Source: a virus. From it: DNA of 64,000 nucleotides. Made by a program: the position numbers and the translations under genes. The notes under the pieces are model-generated. The model did no database searches. It saw only the letters and a list, made by a program, of their open reading frames with translations, and was not told where the DNA came from. How positions within the stretch are numbered: the first letter of the stretch is position 1; every line of letters begins with the position of its first letter. Positions 1-8,918 of the stretch are shown here, one piece after another. The stretch spans positions 95,508 to 159,507 of the IMG/VR virus record IMGVR_UViG_3300037137_001027, one strand, 5' to 3'.

Positions 1-2
1 TT

Positions 3-413
3 TGCAAGCAATGCAAGAGAGAAGCATCTTTAAAGTTATTAGATAATCCAAATAGAAAGAGATATAAGACAAAGAATTCCACATATCGGCAGCACACAAA
101 TTTCAAAAAGATATACAAGGCTTATCATTCTGCTAAAAAGAGAGCAAAAAATAAGAACAGGGAGTTTGATATAAGCATAGATGATTTAATAAACTTATGG
201 GATAGTCAACAAGGGCGATGCGTACTGTCTGGTGAAAAATTTCATGAAGAACACGGAGCATATTCCGCAAGTTTAGATAGAATAGATAGTAAGAAAGGAT
301 ACACAAAGGGCAACATAAGGTTTATATTATTTGCTCTTAATTCTGCTCTTTTGGATTACGGAATAGAAACATATTTAGATATTGCGGAAGCGGTGAAAAA
401 AAATATGAGTTAG
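3..413 (+). CDS. HNH-like homing endonuclease, 5' partial (not in ORF track)
   Basis: Frame 3 open from window start: CKQC...SAKKRAK..REFDISIDDL..LWDSQQGRCVLSG...SLDRIDSKKGYTKGNI; TAG at 411-413. Confidence 0.75.
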   Translation, partial: CKQCKREASLKLLDNPNRKRYKTKNSTYRQHTNFKKIYKAYHSAKKRAKNKNREFDISIDDLINLWDSQQGRCVLSGEKFHEEHGAYSASLDRIDSKKGYTKGNIRFILFALNSALLDYGIETYLDIAEAVKKNMS

Positions 414-475
414 CATTGTTTTTCCCTGAAAATCAGTTATCATGGTTTTTGACCAATTCAACAAGGGTCCAACCA

Positions 476-1126
476 ATGTACGATATTAAATCACTTGCCT
501 ACGGTTTCACCACTGAACAGGCACATGTTCTATCTTTGCCGCTCAAATTCCCTATTTGTGTATTCGACAGGGAAGCCACGTTTTACGAAAACTACTATCA
601 GAAAATTGATTTCTGGTGGTATATTGGTAGAACTCTTGCATCAACGGATGTAAAGATAGACAGGAGTGTTAATCGTTATGATGATGAGAGCAGTGATGTT
701 ATTAGCACTGCTGAGTTTATTGGCATATCTGGTCATCCTGGTTCTATACTCGGCAAAGCCGATCATATGGATTTAAGATATAAGAAAACTAGCTTCAAGA
801 AATTTAAGAAAATTAATTTGGTAAAATTATGTCATAATTGTCAGTTAAATGATCCGCATGAGCCTATAAAGAAGTATAGTGGGAGGAGCATACCGCCCAA
901 TTTATTTTATTACAGGGTAAGTGAGCCTGACGAGTTGCTTTTTAATTTCTTGTGGGGGAGGGCATTGGAGATACCGCATCAGAGTTATGATATTCCAGAG
1001 GAATTTCTGGCTAAGGAAGAACGGTTTTTGGATTATATTAAGGCTGTGCCTAAGACGTTATTTAAGATGAACGATTACAGGCATGATTTAGGTGTAATCA
1101 AGGAGTTATGGAATAGAAATGCGTAG
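476..1126 (+). CDS. hypothetical protein
   Basis: Long ORF (track 416..1126); ATG 476 preferred over TTG; overlaps next gene. Confidence 0.6.
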   Translation: MYDIKSLAYGFTTEQAHVLSLPLKFPICVFDREATFYENYYQKIDFWWYIGRTLASTDVKIDRSVNRYDDESSDVISTAEFIGISGHPGSILGKADHMDLRYKKTSFKKFKKINLVKLCHNCQLNDPHEPIKKYSGRSIPPNLFYYRVSEPDELLFNFLWGRALEIPHQSYDIPEEFLAKEERFLDYIKAVPKTLFKMNDYRHDLGVIKELWNRNA

Positions 1127-1514
1127 TAGACAAACATTTGAGGGCAAGTTTGGTGATTGCAGTATTGTTACGACGAGGGTTAGGGTAACGGCATCGCCAA
1201 CGGAAGAAAATACTTTTCATGTTATTTTATTTGATGTTGAATGCGATATAAAGAATTTCTTTTTACACACGTCGCCAATCCCGAAGGGGGAGGCGAGTGT
1301 TAAGTGGTATGCTAAGGTTCCGCCTAAGTGTCCAAATTGTGGGCATGAATTATACAATATGGGATTGGATCATTATGAATTAAAGGAATCTGACAGTTAC
1401 AATTATAAGGGTGTAACGGCAGAAGTGATTCAATCATATGAAGAAGATATTTTGGAACTTAAACTTCACTATGAGGTGATGGAATATGTTACCCAAGGGC
1501 AAGCAATTGGTTAA
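1119..1514 (+). CDS. hypothetical protein with CxxC
   Basis: CPNCG motif; overlapping operon arrangement. Confidence 0.6.
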   Translation: MRSRQTFEGKFGDCSIVTTRVRVTASPTEENTFHVILFDVECDIKNFFLHTSPIPKGEASVKWYAKVPPKCPNCGHELYNMGLDHYELKESDSYNYKGVTAEVIQSYEEDILELKLHYEVMEYVTQGQAIG

Positions 1515-1902
1515 AATGCTCAAGGAAGCGGAAATAAGAAATGCCAATGAAGCAGAAGAGAAGCGTATCAAAGCTGAAATAGCAAAGGAAAAGAAGATGA
1601 AGGCAGAAGAAGTGAAGTTGAAGAAGGATGTAGAGGGTATAATTAAGCATATAGAGGAAGATATTTTTAATGCGATTAAGAAGGGGAAGAGGGAGACTGA
1701 GTTACGTTTTGGGGATGGTCACACAAGGGAGCCAGCGTGGGAGATGGCGGTTGCGCAGTTGGGGAGGTTGAACAAGGCATACAAGTTTAAGATTGATGCT
1801 ATTAGTATTCATTGTGATAATCATATAGAAGCGGCGAATGTAGATTATGTAACGGCTAGGGATTGGTATGAACCTAGATGGGAGGTAAAGATAAAATGGT
1901 AG
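1486..1902 (+). CDS. hypothetical protein, N-terminal coiled coil
   Basis: K/E-rich helix; GAGGTG/GGA upstream. Confidence 0.6.
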   Translation: MLPKGKQLVKMLKEAEIRNANEAEEKRIKAEIAKEKKMKAEEVKLKKDVEGIIKHIEEDIFNAIKKGKRETELRFGDGHTREPAWEMAVAQLGRLNKAYKFKIDAISIHCDNHIEAANVDYVTARDWYEPRWEVKIKW

Positions 1903-2042
1903 ATTGGAAACAAACAGTTATTATATGTGTAGTTGCTATTTGTTGTACTGTTGTTTTTGGGATAGTGGTAACTGGTTGTCATGGGTGTATGCAGCAGGAC
2001 AGGGAATATAGGTTGAAGTATTTGGAGCAGCAGCGTAAATGA
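1896..2042 (+). CDS. small single-TM protein (48 aa, not in ORF track)
   Basis: MVDWKQTVIICVVAICCTVVFGIVVTGCHGCMQQDREYRLKYLEQQRK; GGAGGT SD upstream. Confidence 0.65.
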   Translation: MVDWKQTVIICVVAICCTVVFGIVVTGCHGCMQQDREYRLKYLEQQRK

Positions 2043-2084
2043 TTACATTACTTATGGGATACCTGAAGAGGTAGTGAATGATTT

Positions 2085-2630
2085 ATGGAACAGTTAAGGG
2101 TTATTTTGGAAGCTCCTGGTGCCGAGGGATGTGGATTTCCAGCTAAAGACAAGTTAGAAGATCGTTTATTATTATTTGCTTTGGTATATGGATTGAAGCC
2201 AAAGGCATGTTTAGAAATAGGTTGTTATAAAGGTGGTTCTACTGAGATTATAGTAGCGGCTGGTGGGCGGGTTTTTTCCATTGACCCTGATCCGCAGATA
2301 TCGGATGAAACTTGGGGAAAAATCAAAGATCATTGTGTAATAATTAAGGGTTATTCACCAGAGAAAATTTGTGAAGCACACGCTTTGGCTAAGGCTAATT
2401 TTGATTTTATATTTATAGATGGCGACCACAACAAGGCTTACGATGATATTAGGGGTATAATGCCATATCTTGCTGACAGTGCTTATATTTTACTACATGA
2501 TTGTTATTATGTTGCTGGTGCTATTCAGAAGGCGGTCAAGGAGTTTGGTTTAGTAGATTGTGGTATATTGGGTATAAAGAGTAAGGATGGGTGGTTAGGT
2601 TCTCAGTTATTGAGATATAGCGTTACATAG
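2085..2630 (+). CDS. class I SAM-dependent methyltransferase (Methyltransf_24-like)
   Basis: LEIGCYKGGST, SIDP, FDFIFIDGDH, ILLHD motifs. Confidence 0.85.
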   Translation: MEQLRVILEAPGAEGCGFPAKDKLEDRLLLFALVYGLKPKACLEIGCYKGGSTEIIVAAGGRVFSIDPDPQISDETWGKIKDHCVIIKGYSPEKICEAHALAKANFDFIFIDGDHNKAYDDIRGIMPYLADSAYILLHDCYYVAGAIQKAVKEFGLVDCGILGIKSKDGWLGSQLLRYSVT

Positions 2631-3020
2631 TTCAATCGTCTTATATTTCCAGGTGACTTCCAAATTTACGGTAGGGTCGGAACTAAAGCATAGTTCCCCG
2701 AAGTTAACGGAGTGTGGCCAGACGCCTATGAAGTGGTAACTGAAGTTGGACTTTGCTTTATTTCCTAGCCAGATTTCGCCTAATTGCATACGAAGTTTAG
2801 CGGCCACGTCATCGCCACTAACTTTACCTTTCTCAAAGTAATCGGCTCCGAATTGATAGAATTCGGCAAATATATTCATTAGGGATTGACTTCTTTCTTC
2901 GCTCCATTCATTAATGGCGGGGAAGGTCGTTATTAGGCCGTTTTCGAAAGATTCATTTTTTAACGTCACTTGACCTATGAAGTGATGGTTAGGGAATTGT
3001 ACATTGATATTGTATAGCAT
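2607..3020 (-). CDS. divergent T4 gp19-like tail tube-fold protein
   Basis: C-terminal FIGVWPHSVNFGELCFSSDPTVNLEVTWKY matches the tube-protein G.WP..V..G.L......VT..Y signature. Confidence 0.55.
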   Translation of the reverse strand: MLYNINVQFPNHHFIGQVTLKNESFENGLITTFPAINEWSEERSQSLMNIFAEFYQFGADYFEKGKVSGDDVAAKLRMQLGEIWLGNKAKSNFSYHFIGVWPHSVNFGELCFSSDPTVNLEVTWKYKTIELCNAISQ

Positions 3021-3109
3021 TATTTTTTCCTATTGAGTAATTTACCGAGGCCATAGCCAAAGGCATAGCCAGCGATGGAGGCGACAGCTAGGAGGAGTAG
3101 GTGGTTCAT
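3020..3109 (-). CDS. 29-aa membrane peptide (not in ORF track)
   Basis: MNHLLLLAVASIAGYAFGYGLGKLLNRKK; TAATG coupling to the downstream gene. Confidence 0.55.
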   Translation of the reverse strand: MNHLLLLAVASIAGYAFGYGLGKLLNRKK

Positions 3110-3175
3110 AGATATAGAGTAGTGTGGTTAAATTAATAAATTTAGATTTTGACGTTGGGATCAATAGATAAAACC

Positions 3176-3880
3176 ATGATGACTTTCAGGGAATATGTAG
3201 TTAGACGGGAGGCGAGTTCTAACATATTTCAAAATGCGGGGGCTGGAAGGGGGAGTATGGCTAGTGACGCCAGGGATGTAGTAAGTACACTTGGTTTTGC
3301 TCCTGCTGGAGCGATTGCGGCACCTTATGCAGCGGCGAAGGGATTTTTAGGAACGACTCCTGGCAAGTATCGTTCGATGGTGCGTGGTAATCCATATCTT
3401 TCAGACACGCCAGAGAGGACGAAGGTATTAGCTGGGAAGGCGTATGAAGACAGTAGTAGTTGGTTGTTAGATCGTGTTGAGCGAGAGAAGGTGCCACAGG
3501 TAAGGGGCAGGTTAATAACATCTTTACAGCAGGCGGTACAGGAATTGGACCAACATTTTCATTCTCAGCAACCGACGAAGATTACGGCTACGGGGCAGAT
3601 GGTAGGTCAGCAGGCAACGGGAATGAGTAATTTCTTTGCATTACCAGCTTCGATTATTGCGGGTATTAAGCAGGCGGCGAAGAATGTCATAGACACGTTA
3701 AATCCTGCGTATCAGAATCAATCAAATGAGTGGGCAGAGAGTGTAAACAAGATGGTATTATCTTTGGATGCTTTGAGGTCGGTATTACCAATGGAGTTGG
3801 TAGACTCATATATTAAGACATTTTTACATAATTTGGAGAAGGGCTGGGGATCAAGGGCTAGAGAAATAGGAAGGAGTTAA
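3176..3880 (+). CDS. putative internal head protein
   Basis: N-terminus MMTFREYVVRREA (capsid-targeting-like); TAGATA box 5 nt before ATG. Confidence 0.55.
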   Translation: MMTFREYVVRREASSNIFQNAGAGRGSMASDARDVVSTLGFAPAGAIAAPYAAAKGFLGTTPGKYRSMVRGNPYLSDTPERTKVLAGKAYEDSSSWLLDRVEREKVPQVRGRLITSLQQAVQELDQHFHSQQPTKITATGQMVGQQATGMSNFFALPASIIAGIKQAAKNVIDTLNPAYQNQSNEWAESVNKMVLSLDALRSVLPMELVDSYIKTFLHNLEKGWGSRAREIGRS

Positions 3881-3892
3881 TATATAATCATT

Positions 3893-4114
3893 ATGGTTAA
3901 GACATTTTTAGATTGGGTAAAGATCAAGGAATCGACGGCTGCTAAGAGGGCAAGACGGGCTGCTGCTGGTATTGACATAGGTAAAGGACCGAGTATTGCA
4001 GATGCAGCAATTAATAGTTACTCTACTGCACCGCCTGCAATAAAGGATGCTATTGTAAAGCGTAACAAGCATGAGAAGAAGAAGGGTTGCGACTCTAAGC
4101 TTCCGCCGAAGTAA
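3893..4114 (+). CDS. small basic putative internal head protein
   Basis: MVKTFLDWVKIKES; TATATA box 6 nt before ATG. Confidence 0.55.
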   Translation: MVKTFLDWVKIKESTAAKRARRAAAGIDIGKGPSIADAAINSYSTAPPAIKDAIVKRNKHEKKKGCDSKLPPK

Positions 4115-4472
4115 GTCGGTGTTCCCATTCTTGTAGTCGATGGCCTTTAATTCTCTTTGCACCTTTACAGGTATCGCAAATGCCATTACTTTCAAAGCCT
4201 GCACGGAAGCCAGTAGGGATACCTTTTAGGTCTTTACAATCACGGCAATGCAGACCTTTTTCTTCGATTTCATTTTCTCTGAGCCAAGTCATAAGGCAGT
4301 TAGTATTACAGAAATAAAAGGGCCAAGTTTCCATTTCATGATGGTGGCACTTTTCGCACAAATGGCTTTCAATATAGAACTTAAGTTCAAAGTCGAACAT
4401 GCCTGATTTCTTGCATTGGTCGCAATGGATGATACTAAGCATAAAGCTCCTTAATCTGGATCGCCCCACCAA
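4095..4472 (-). CDS. multi-CxxC zinc-finger protein
   Basis: CDQC, CEKC, FCNTNC, CRDC, CDTC; true start probably the internal MLSII. Confidence 0.65.
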   Translation of the reverse strand: MVGRSRLRSFMLSIIHCDQCKKSGMFDFELKFYIESHLCEKCHHHEMETWPFYFCNTNCLMTWLRENEIEEKGLHCRDCKDLKGIPTGFRAGFESNGICDTCKGAKRIKGHRLQEWEHRLTSAEA

Positions 4473-4681
4473 CCAGGAGGGCAGCCTGCTTTTTGGTATT
4501 CCTCCATCATTTTTTTATCGTGTTCTTTGCTTGCCAGGTCTAATTGTTCTTCATAATCAACATGGGCGCTCCAACCGAGGAGCGCCCAATGTTTTACGGA
4601 GTTTCTTTTTGGGGCTGGGACTTTATGTTTATAATTGTCCCACCATTCTTGGAAGCCTTCAGGAATTTTTGCTTTTGTCAT
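4451..4681 (-). CDS. hypothetical protein
   Basis: TAATG coupling with upstream gene. Confidence 0.55.
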   Translation of the reverse strand: MTKAKIPEGFQEWWDNYKHKVPAPKRNSVKHWALLGWSAHVDYEEQLDLASKEHDKKMMEEYQKAGCPPGWWGDPD

Positions 4682-5007
4682 TAGACACTCACAGCAGCTA
4701 GACTTTGCTTAGTTAAGAGGGCTGGATAGTCACCACTATCGAACTTTTCAATGAATTTAGAGACTGCCGATGGGTAGGCAACGACATGATCTTCACCTTT
4801 ATAGGTGAATTCTAGTTCTGACGTTACAGAAAGTCCCTTCAAATTCTTGAATTGTTTTCTGATGACTTTAGCGATTGGACAATTATTACCATCAGCCAGT
4901 ACGCCCTTGATTTTCAATGCAGTAAGATTTTCTGCAATCTTATTGGGGCCAGAACCTAGTGTCTTCAAGAAAGTTACAATTTCTTTGTCAATTTGTGTTG
5001 CAGCCAT
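4681..5007 (-). CDS. hypothetical protein
   Basis: ORF with AGGA SD; part of minus-strand small-gene run. Confidence 0.6.
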   Translation of the reverse strand: MAATQIDKEIVTFLKTLGSGPNKIAENLTALKIKGVLADGNNCPIAKVIRKQFKNLKGLSVTSELEFTYKGEDHVVAYPSAVSKFIEKFDSGDYPALLTKQSLAAVSV

Positions 5008-5419
5008 GTTTCACGTCCTTTTTCCATTTACAGTAGGTTAATAGTGAAGATACAATCAATCCAAACAGGATCATACCACCGAATATCCAATCATGGTAGA
5101 GAAATTGAGTCTTTTTGTCAACAAAAAAATCTATGGTTAGTGCGACAAGGAAAGCGAAGCCAAACCAATACAAAAAGAACGATCTGAAAAGGTCTGCTCT
5201 TTTTTCTTTCCTGTTACGTTCGGTCTGTGCTTGTTCCGTCTGGCCTGTAAGTTCGTCTAGCTTATCAGCCAGTAATCTGACTTCATTAATCAGGAAAGTA
5301 GTTTCTTTTACATGGTGGTTGTCCAAGTCTTTATAACGATCTTCCCAGGACTTGGATTCGTCCTCGGTATATCGTTTAACTTTGATCCACTTATAATCGG
5401 CATAGTGTTCTTTGTTCAT
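4988..5419 (-). CDS. membrane protein (2 C-terminal TM)
   Basis: ATG 5419 overlaps upstream stop (ATGA); two hydrophobic segments. Confidence 0.6.
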   Translation of the reverse strand: MNKEHYADYKWIKVKRYTEDESKSWEDRYKDLDNHHVKETTFLINEVRLLADKLDELTGQTEQAQTERNRKEKRADLFRSFFLYWFGFAFLVALTIDFFVDKKTQFLYHDWIFGGMILFGLIVSSLLTYCKWKKDVKHGCNTN

Positions 5420-5754
5420 AGGATAAAAGCGAAAAAGATAAATGTTAAAGCTAGAAATATCACACAAAGACGCCAGATGGTTCCCCACCATCCTAAAGCC
5501 AAGCCGTTTGGATGGTCTATTTGCCATTCACAATAATCCATTGAACGTTCTCGTTCCATCCAACCATAGTCTATAAACTCTGTTAATTTGCCGTTAATAT
5601 ACAATTTAGTAGGATTTCCGTTTGGATCAAGAGAGGCATCTATTTCTGCCCAATTACCATTTTTCTCATATCGCAGGACATTACGGATTTCATCTAACTT
5701 CCATTTGGTTACAGGGTCTTTATTAGTATATCGCGTGCTTAGATAGTCTTTCAT
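5416..5754 (-). CDS. hypothetical protein, C-terminal TM
   Basis: AAGGAG SD; hydrophobic C-terminus. Confidence 0.6.
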   Translation of the reverse strand: MKDYLSTRYTNKDPVTKWKLDEIRNVLRYEKNGNWAEIDASLDPNGNPTKLYINGKLTEFIDYGWMERERSMDYCEWQIDHPNGLALGWWGTIWRLCVIFLALTFIFFAFIL

Positions 5755-5879
5755 TTCGACATACTCCTTTGTTGGTTTACCAGGAACCCCAAGATCAAAA
5801 AGCCACAGCCATTAGGTAATATAAGTCCAGATTTCCCTGGAAGTGCAAAGCCAATTACCTAACTGAATTCCCAGCCTTA

Positions 5880-6026
5880 CTATAACATTTCGGACAAAGT
5901 GTGACATACCTCTGCATGAGTGCAAGTTGCGATTCCTTCATCCTTTTTAAGTTTCTTGTCGCACCAAGAACACTTCTTTTTAGGATGGCCCTCGCCAACA
6001 CCCGCAGATACTATTTTAATTTTCAT
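5880..6026 (-). CDS. small Cys-containing protein, possibly frameshifted zinc finger
   Basis: MKIKIVSAGVGEGHPKKKCSWCDKK...; adjacent frame continues LCPKCY. Confidence 0.4.
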   Translation of the reverse strand: MKIKIVSAGVGEGHPKKKCSWCDKKLKKDEGIATCTHAEVCHTLSEML

Positions 6027-6051
6027 GGTGGCACGGATTCCCAATAAGGTT

Positions 6052-6216
6052 TCATCGTGGTTTAATGAGTTCTTGTACTTTATAATGGTATTCGTATTCT
6101 GCCTTTTGACAACAGACGCCGCCTATTACTAATGCAATACCTAGAATGGTTGCACAAATAATAAAAATGATGGTTGTAGTTTTATCGTTAGTTAGTCTAT
6201 CCCATATGTCTGCCAT
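6052..6216 (-). CDS. small single-TM protein
   Basis: MADIWDRL..IIFIICATILGIALVIGGVCC. Confidence 0.6.
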   Translation of the reverse strand: MADIWDRLTNDKTTTIIFIICATILGIALVIGGVCCQKAEYEYHYKVQELIKPR

Positions 6217-6217
6217 T

Positions 6218-6424
6218 TTATTCTGCCTTCTTCCTTCCCCAAACGTCGTGTTTCCACTCGTAATAGACGATCCACAAACCACCTAATACACCGCAAGCGA
6301 TAGCGGTTTTATCGGCCACGTCTTTATCAAATATGGCAACGATGCTACAGATGATTAGTGTTGGGGCTAGCACAATCAAGTATAGCTTTAGGGTTCGTTT
6401 CAGGTCTATCCAGAATTTACGCAT
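6218..6424 (-). CDS. small 2-TM membrane protein
   Basis: Two hydrophobic helices. Confidence 0.6.
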   Translation of the reverse strand: MRKFWIDLKRTLKLYLIVLAPTLIICSIVAIFDKDVADKTAIACGVLGGLWIVYYEWKHDVWGRKKAE

Positions 6425-6427
6425 AGA

Positions 6428-6661
6428 TTATGGCCGCGCCTGTCTATTTAAATCAAAATATTGCTTGGCAACGTCGGGGTAAATTTTGGTAAGTACCTTT
6501 AGCACCCGTAGTTCAGCGGCAGCATATTCTCCACCTTCTGGTCTGCCTTCGATAGCGTGGTTATTTTCGATGAGGCTACTCATGCCTTCGAAAGAGGCCA
6601 CACTAAAGGCACCTAAAATAACATGCGCCATATCACGATCAATAGGAATAGTAATGTCCAT
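6428..6661 (-). CDS. hypothetical protein
   Basis: ATG 6661 with AAGGAG SD. Confidence 0.55.
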   Translation of the reverse strand: MDITIPIDRDMAHVILGAFSVASFEGMSSLIENNHAIEGRPEGGEYAAAELRVLKVLTKIYPDVAKQYFDLNRQARP

Positions 6662-6674
6662 TAGTTGCTCCTTA

Positions 6675-6851
6675 TTAGTACCCTTCAAATTCAGGCAACA
6701 AATCATATTCTTCTTGTGTCATTTCTTTAAGAATGATCTTAACTTCTTTGACACCATCAACTAAGTGCATTTTTACTTCTTCTAAAGCTTCATCTATATT
6801 GTCAAAAGAACAAGCGGCGAAGTCTTTAGGTTTTACATAATAAACGTCCAT
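6675..6851 (-). CDS. 58-aa hypothetical protein (not in ORF track)
   Basis: MDVYYVKPKDFAAC...EMTQEEYDLLPEFEGY; AAGGA SD; fills the gap exactly. Confidence 0.6.
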   Translation of the reverse strand: MDVYYVKPKDFAACSFDNIDEALEEVKMHLVDGVKEVKIILKEMTQEEYDLLPEFEGY

Positions 6852-6852
6852 T

Positions 6853-7437
6853 TCAATCCTTAAATTTATTATATCTAAAGTTATTGCTCCAGATATCGTT
6901 CACTACATAATCGAGTTGGTTTCCTTCAATGATGCCTTGTCCTTGATTTCCATTGGAAATTCTTGGAGCGCCGTTGAAGTCTGCTGTTTGTCCAACTATA
7001 CCATGTGGTCGAACATTTCCATTATATATAATGGCGTCAAACTTAAAAAAATAAGGCAACATTACGCTGCAATTTTTATTTCTAACGATATTAAAGCAGT
7101 ATTTAACTGCATTGATAAGGAGGCTATTAACAGGAGTATTGCCATTTTCGGTAGCTGAGATTAAGGGTTTTATTTCGACAAAAGAATGATAAGCTTGATT
7201 ATCAACAGTGATATAAGAACGATGATGAAGTTTCTGACCATTGATTTCTGGCTTACCATCTTGTGCTGACCATTTTATTTTTGAATTACCAATTTTGATG
7301 CCGATTTCGTCTATTCTTTTATGCGAGTTGAAGTGTGCATTTACCTGGATGTTTTCATCTGTTAGAAGATTGAAAAATTTATTTGGGATTCCATCAAATT
7401 GAAACTCTTCCCCTTCGAACCCGCTAAAAATCGGCAT
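6853..7437 (-). CDS. VWD-like / Root-cap-type domain protein
   Basis: PIFSGFEGEEFQFDG.P..FFNLLTD....VNAHF and C-terminal HGIVGQT...IEG...DY.V...F.Y..F. Confidence 0.6.
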   Translation of the reverse strand: MPIFSGFEGEEFQFDGIPNKFFNLLTDENIQVNAHFNSHKRIDEIGIKIGNSKIKWSAQDGKPEINGQKLHHRSYITVDNQAYHSFVEIKPLISATENGNTPVNSLLINAVKYCFNIVRNKNCSVMLPYFFKFDAIIYNGNVRPHGIVGQTADFNGAPRISNGNQGQGIIEGNQLDYVVNDIWSNNFRYNKFKD

Positions 7438-7439
7438 AG

Positions 7440-7760
7440 TTACTCCAGGTGGTCTTCAGTAATCCAAAATCTATTATCAGTAGTTCTTATTTCATATAAA
7501 ACACCAATTGATGATAACTGTCTATTTACTATTTCGCCTTCCACATTTTGTGGTTTAACCAAAACTTTTTGGCAAACTTTAAAAGTAAAGTCACCTTTGT
7601 ACTCTACAGGTTCAACGTTAGCCATTGGGCATGGGTCAGTATCGTTCTTACGGGCGGGATTAGAACACTGGCCACAGGAGTAATGTTTACAGTTTGGGCA
7701 ATAGATTTTTATTTGCCAATCTGAGATAATTGGCAATTCATCCATTTTGGGGCAACGCAT
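7440..7760 (-). CDS. Cys-rich hypothetical protein
   Basis: CPNC...CGQC...CP followed by an SH3-like C-terminal half. Confidence 0.55.
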   Translation of the reverse strand: MRCPKMDELPIISDWQIKIYCPNCKHYSCGQCSNPARKNDTDPCPMANVEPVEYKGDFTFKVCQKVLVKPQNVEGEIVNRQLSSIGVLYEIRTTDNRFWITEDHLE

Positions 7761-7769
7761 AAAAACTCC

Positions 7770-8009
7770 TTACTGGTCTGATTTATACCGACCCAACTGG
7801 TCACTCTGTTCTAGGATTTCCATTGTTGACATACACCAATCGTCTTCGCTATTGCTATCAAAGCCAATTTCGCTTACAATAGTAATACTACTTAAACTTG
7901 GCACTGGATTACTTTCTAATGTTCTAAAGGCTTCTATAGCTGCATTGGTGGGGGTTTTTTCGTCAATTATTTTACGAAAGTCACCAGCATCTACATAATA
8001 TTTTGGCAT
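7770..8009 (-). CDS. hypothetical protein
   Basis: GGAG SD; downstream of sigma70-like promoter. Confidence 0.6.
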   Translation of the reverse strand: MPKYYVDAGDFRKIIDEKTPTNAAIEAFRTLESNPVPSLSSITIVSEIGFDSNSEDDWCMSTMEILEQSDQLGRYKSDQ

Positions 8010-8039
8010 CTTTTTCTCCGCTTTTTGACAGGCATTTAT

Positions 8040-8068
8040 ATCCTATCACAAATCAACAGGTAAAGCAA
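8040..8068 (-). promoter_or_regulatory. sigma70-like promoter
   Basis: TTGCTT-17 nt-TAGGAT with TG extension, heading the minus-strand small-gene run. Confidence 0.45.
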
Positions 8069-8069
8069 A

Positions 8070-8297
8070 TTATTCATTGTCGGATTCAGCCAATTGCTGG
8101 AAATGGGCTACTGCATCTTCCAAGAGGTCGGCCACCTGTTGATTGGTCAATTTGGAATAAGTAATATCCCAATTTTGATGGATCGTAACACTACAATTTT
8201 TTACTTCTTTATGAGAGCGAAGAATGATGCCTGCAAAGGTTGTACGTTTGGCGATTTCATCAACAAGTTCTTCGGTTGTATAAAACTCAAGTTCCAT
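8070..8297 (-). CDS. hypothetical protein
   Basis: AAGGAG SD; follows clpP. Confidence 0.6.
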   Translation of the reverse strand: MELEFYTTEELVDEIAKRTTFAGIILRSHKEVKNCSVTIHQNWDITYSKLTNQQVADLLEDAVAHFQQLAESDNE

Positions 8298-8306
8298 TTT
8301 AACTCC

Positions 8307-8918
8307 TTAACCAAATTTGTAATCTACAGATATTTTAACATTAAAACTAGGTACAGCGATATGGTTACACAGATTATGTTTTTTGGCTTCCTTTGCTGTA
8401 AGATACCAGTCTGCGTGGCCTCTTTCGTGGATTATATCCAAGAAAAAGTGCTTGGATTTACCGCAATTTTTTGACAGAAGTTCAAAGATATAGGTATTTA
8501 AACGATCCGTTTCATCAACATCTGCTTTCAAATCCTCTACTTTACCAAATTGAAAACTTGAAACCTCATGGATCATCAACGTAGCATGAGGGGCCATATA
8601 TCGCAAGCCATCATTGCCTAGTCCAAAAAGAATTGCACCTGCGGAAAAAGCTTTGGATTCAACGATGGTAGCTACGGGCAATTGTACATTTTGAAGTTCT
8701 GCGATCATGCCTAAGACAGAATAAACTTGCCCGCCATAGGAATCTACAACTATGGGAATAATTGGCTGGCCTGTCTCATGGGCTTTATTTAAGTCTTCTG
8801 AGAACTTATCAGTGCTTTCTTCATTGAATTTCTTAAGTCTAATAACGATAGGTTGTTCAATTAAATCTGCTAAATTCTTAACTTTGATGCGTGGATCAAC
8901 TTCGATTTTCTTGAGCAT
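8307..8918 (-). CDS. clpP: ClpP-family serine protease
   Basis: DSYGG, AFSAGA (Ser), LMIHE (His), ADWYLTAKEAK (Asp). Confidence 0.9.
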   Translation of the reverse strand: MLKKIEVDPRIKVKNLADLIEQPIVIRLKKFNEESTDKFSEDLNKAHETGQPIIPIVVDSYGGQVYSVLGMIAELQNVQLPVATIVESKAFSAGAILFGLGNDGLRYMAPHATLMIHEVSSFQFGKVEDLKADVDETDRLNTYIFELLSKNCGKSKHFFLDIIHERGHADWYLTAKEAKKHNLCNHIAVPSFNVKISVDYKFG

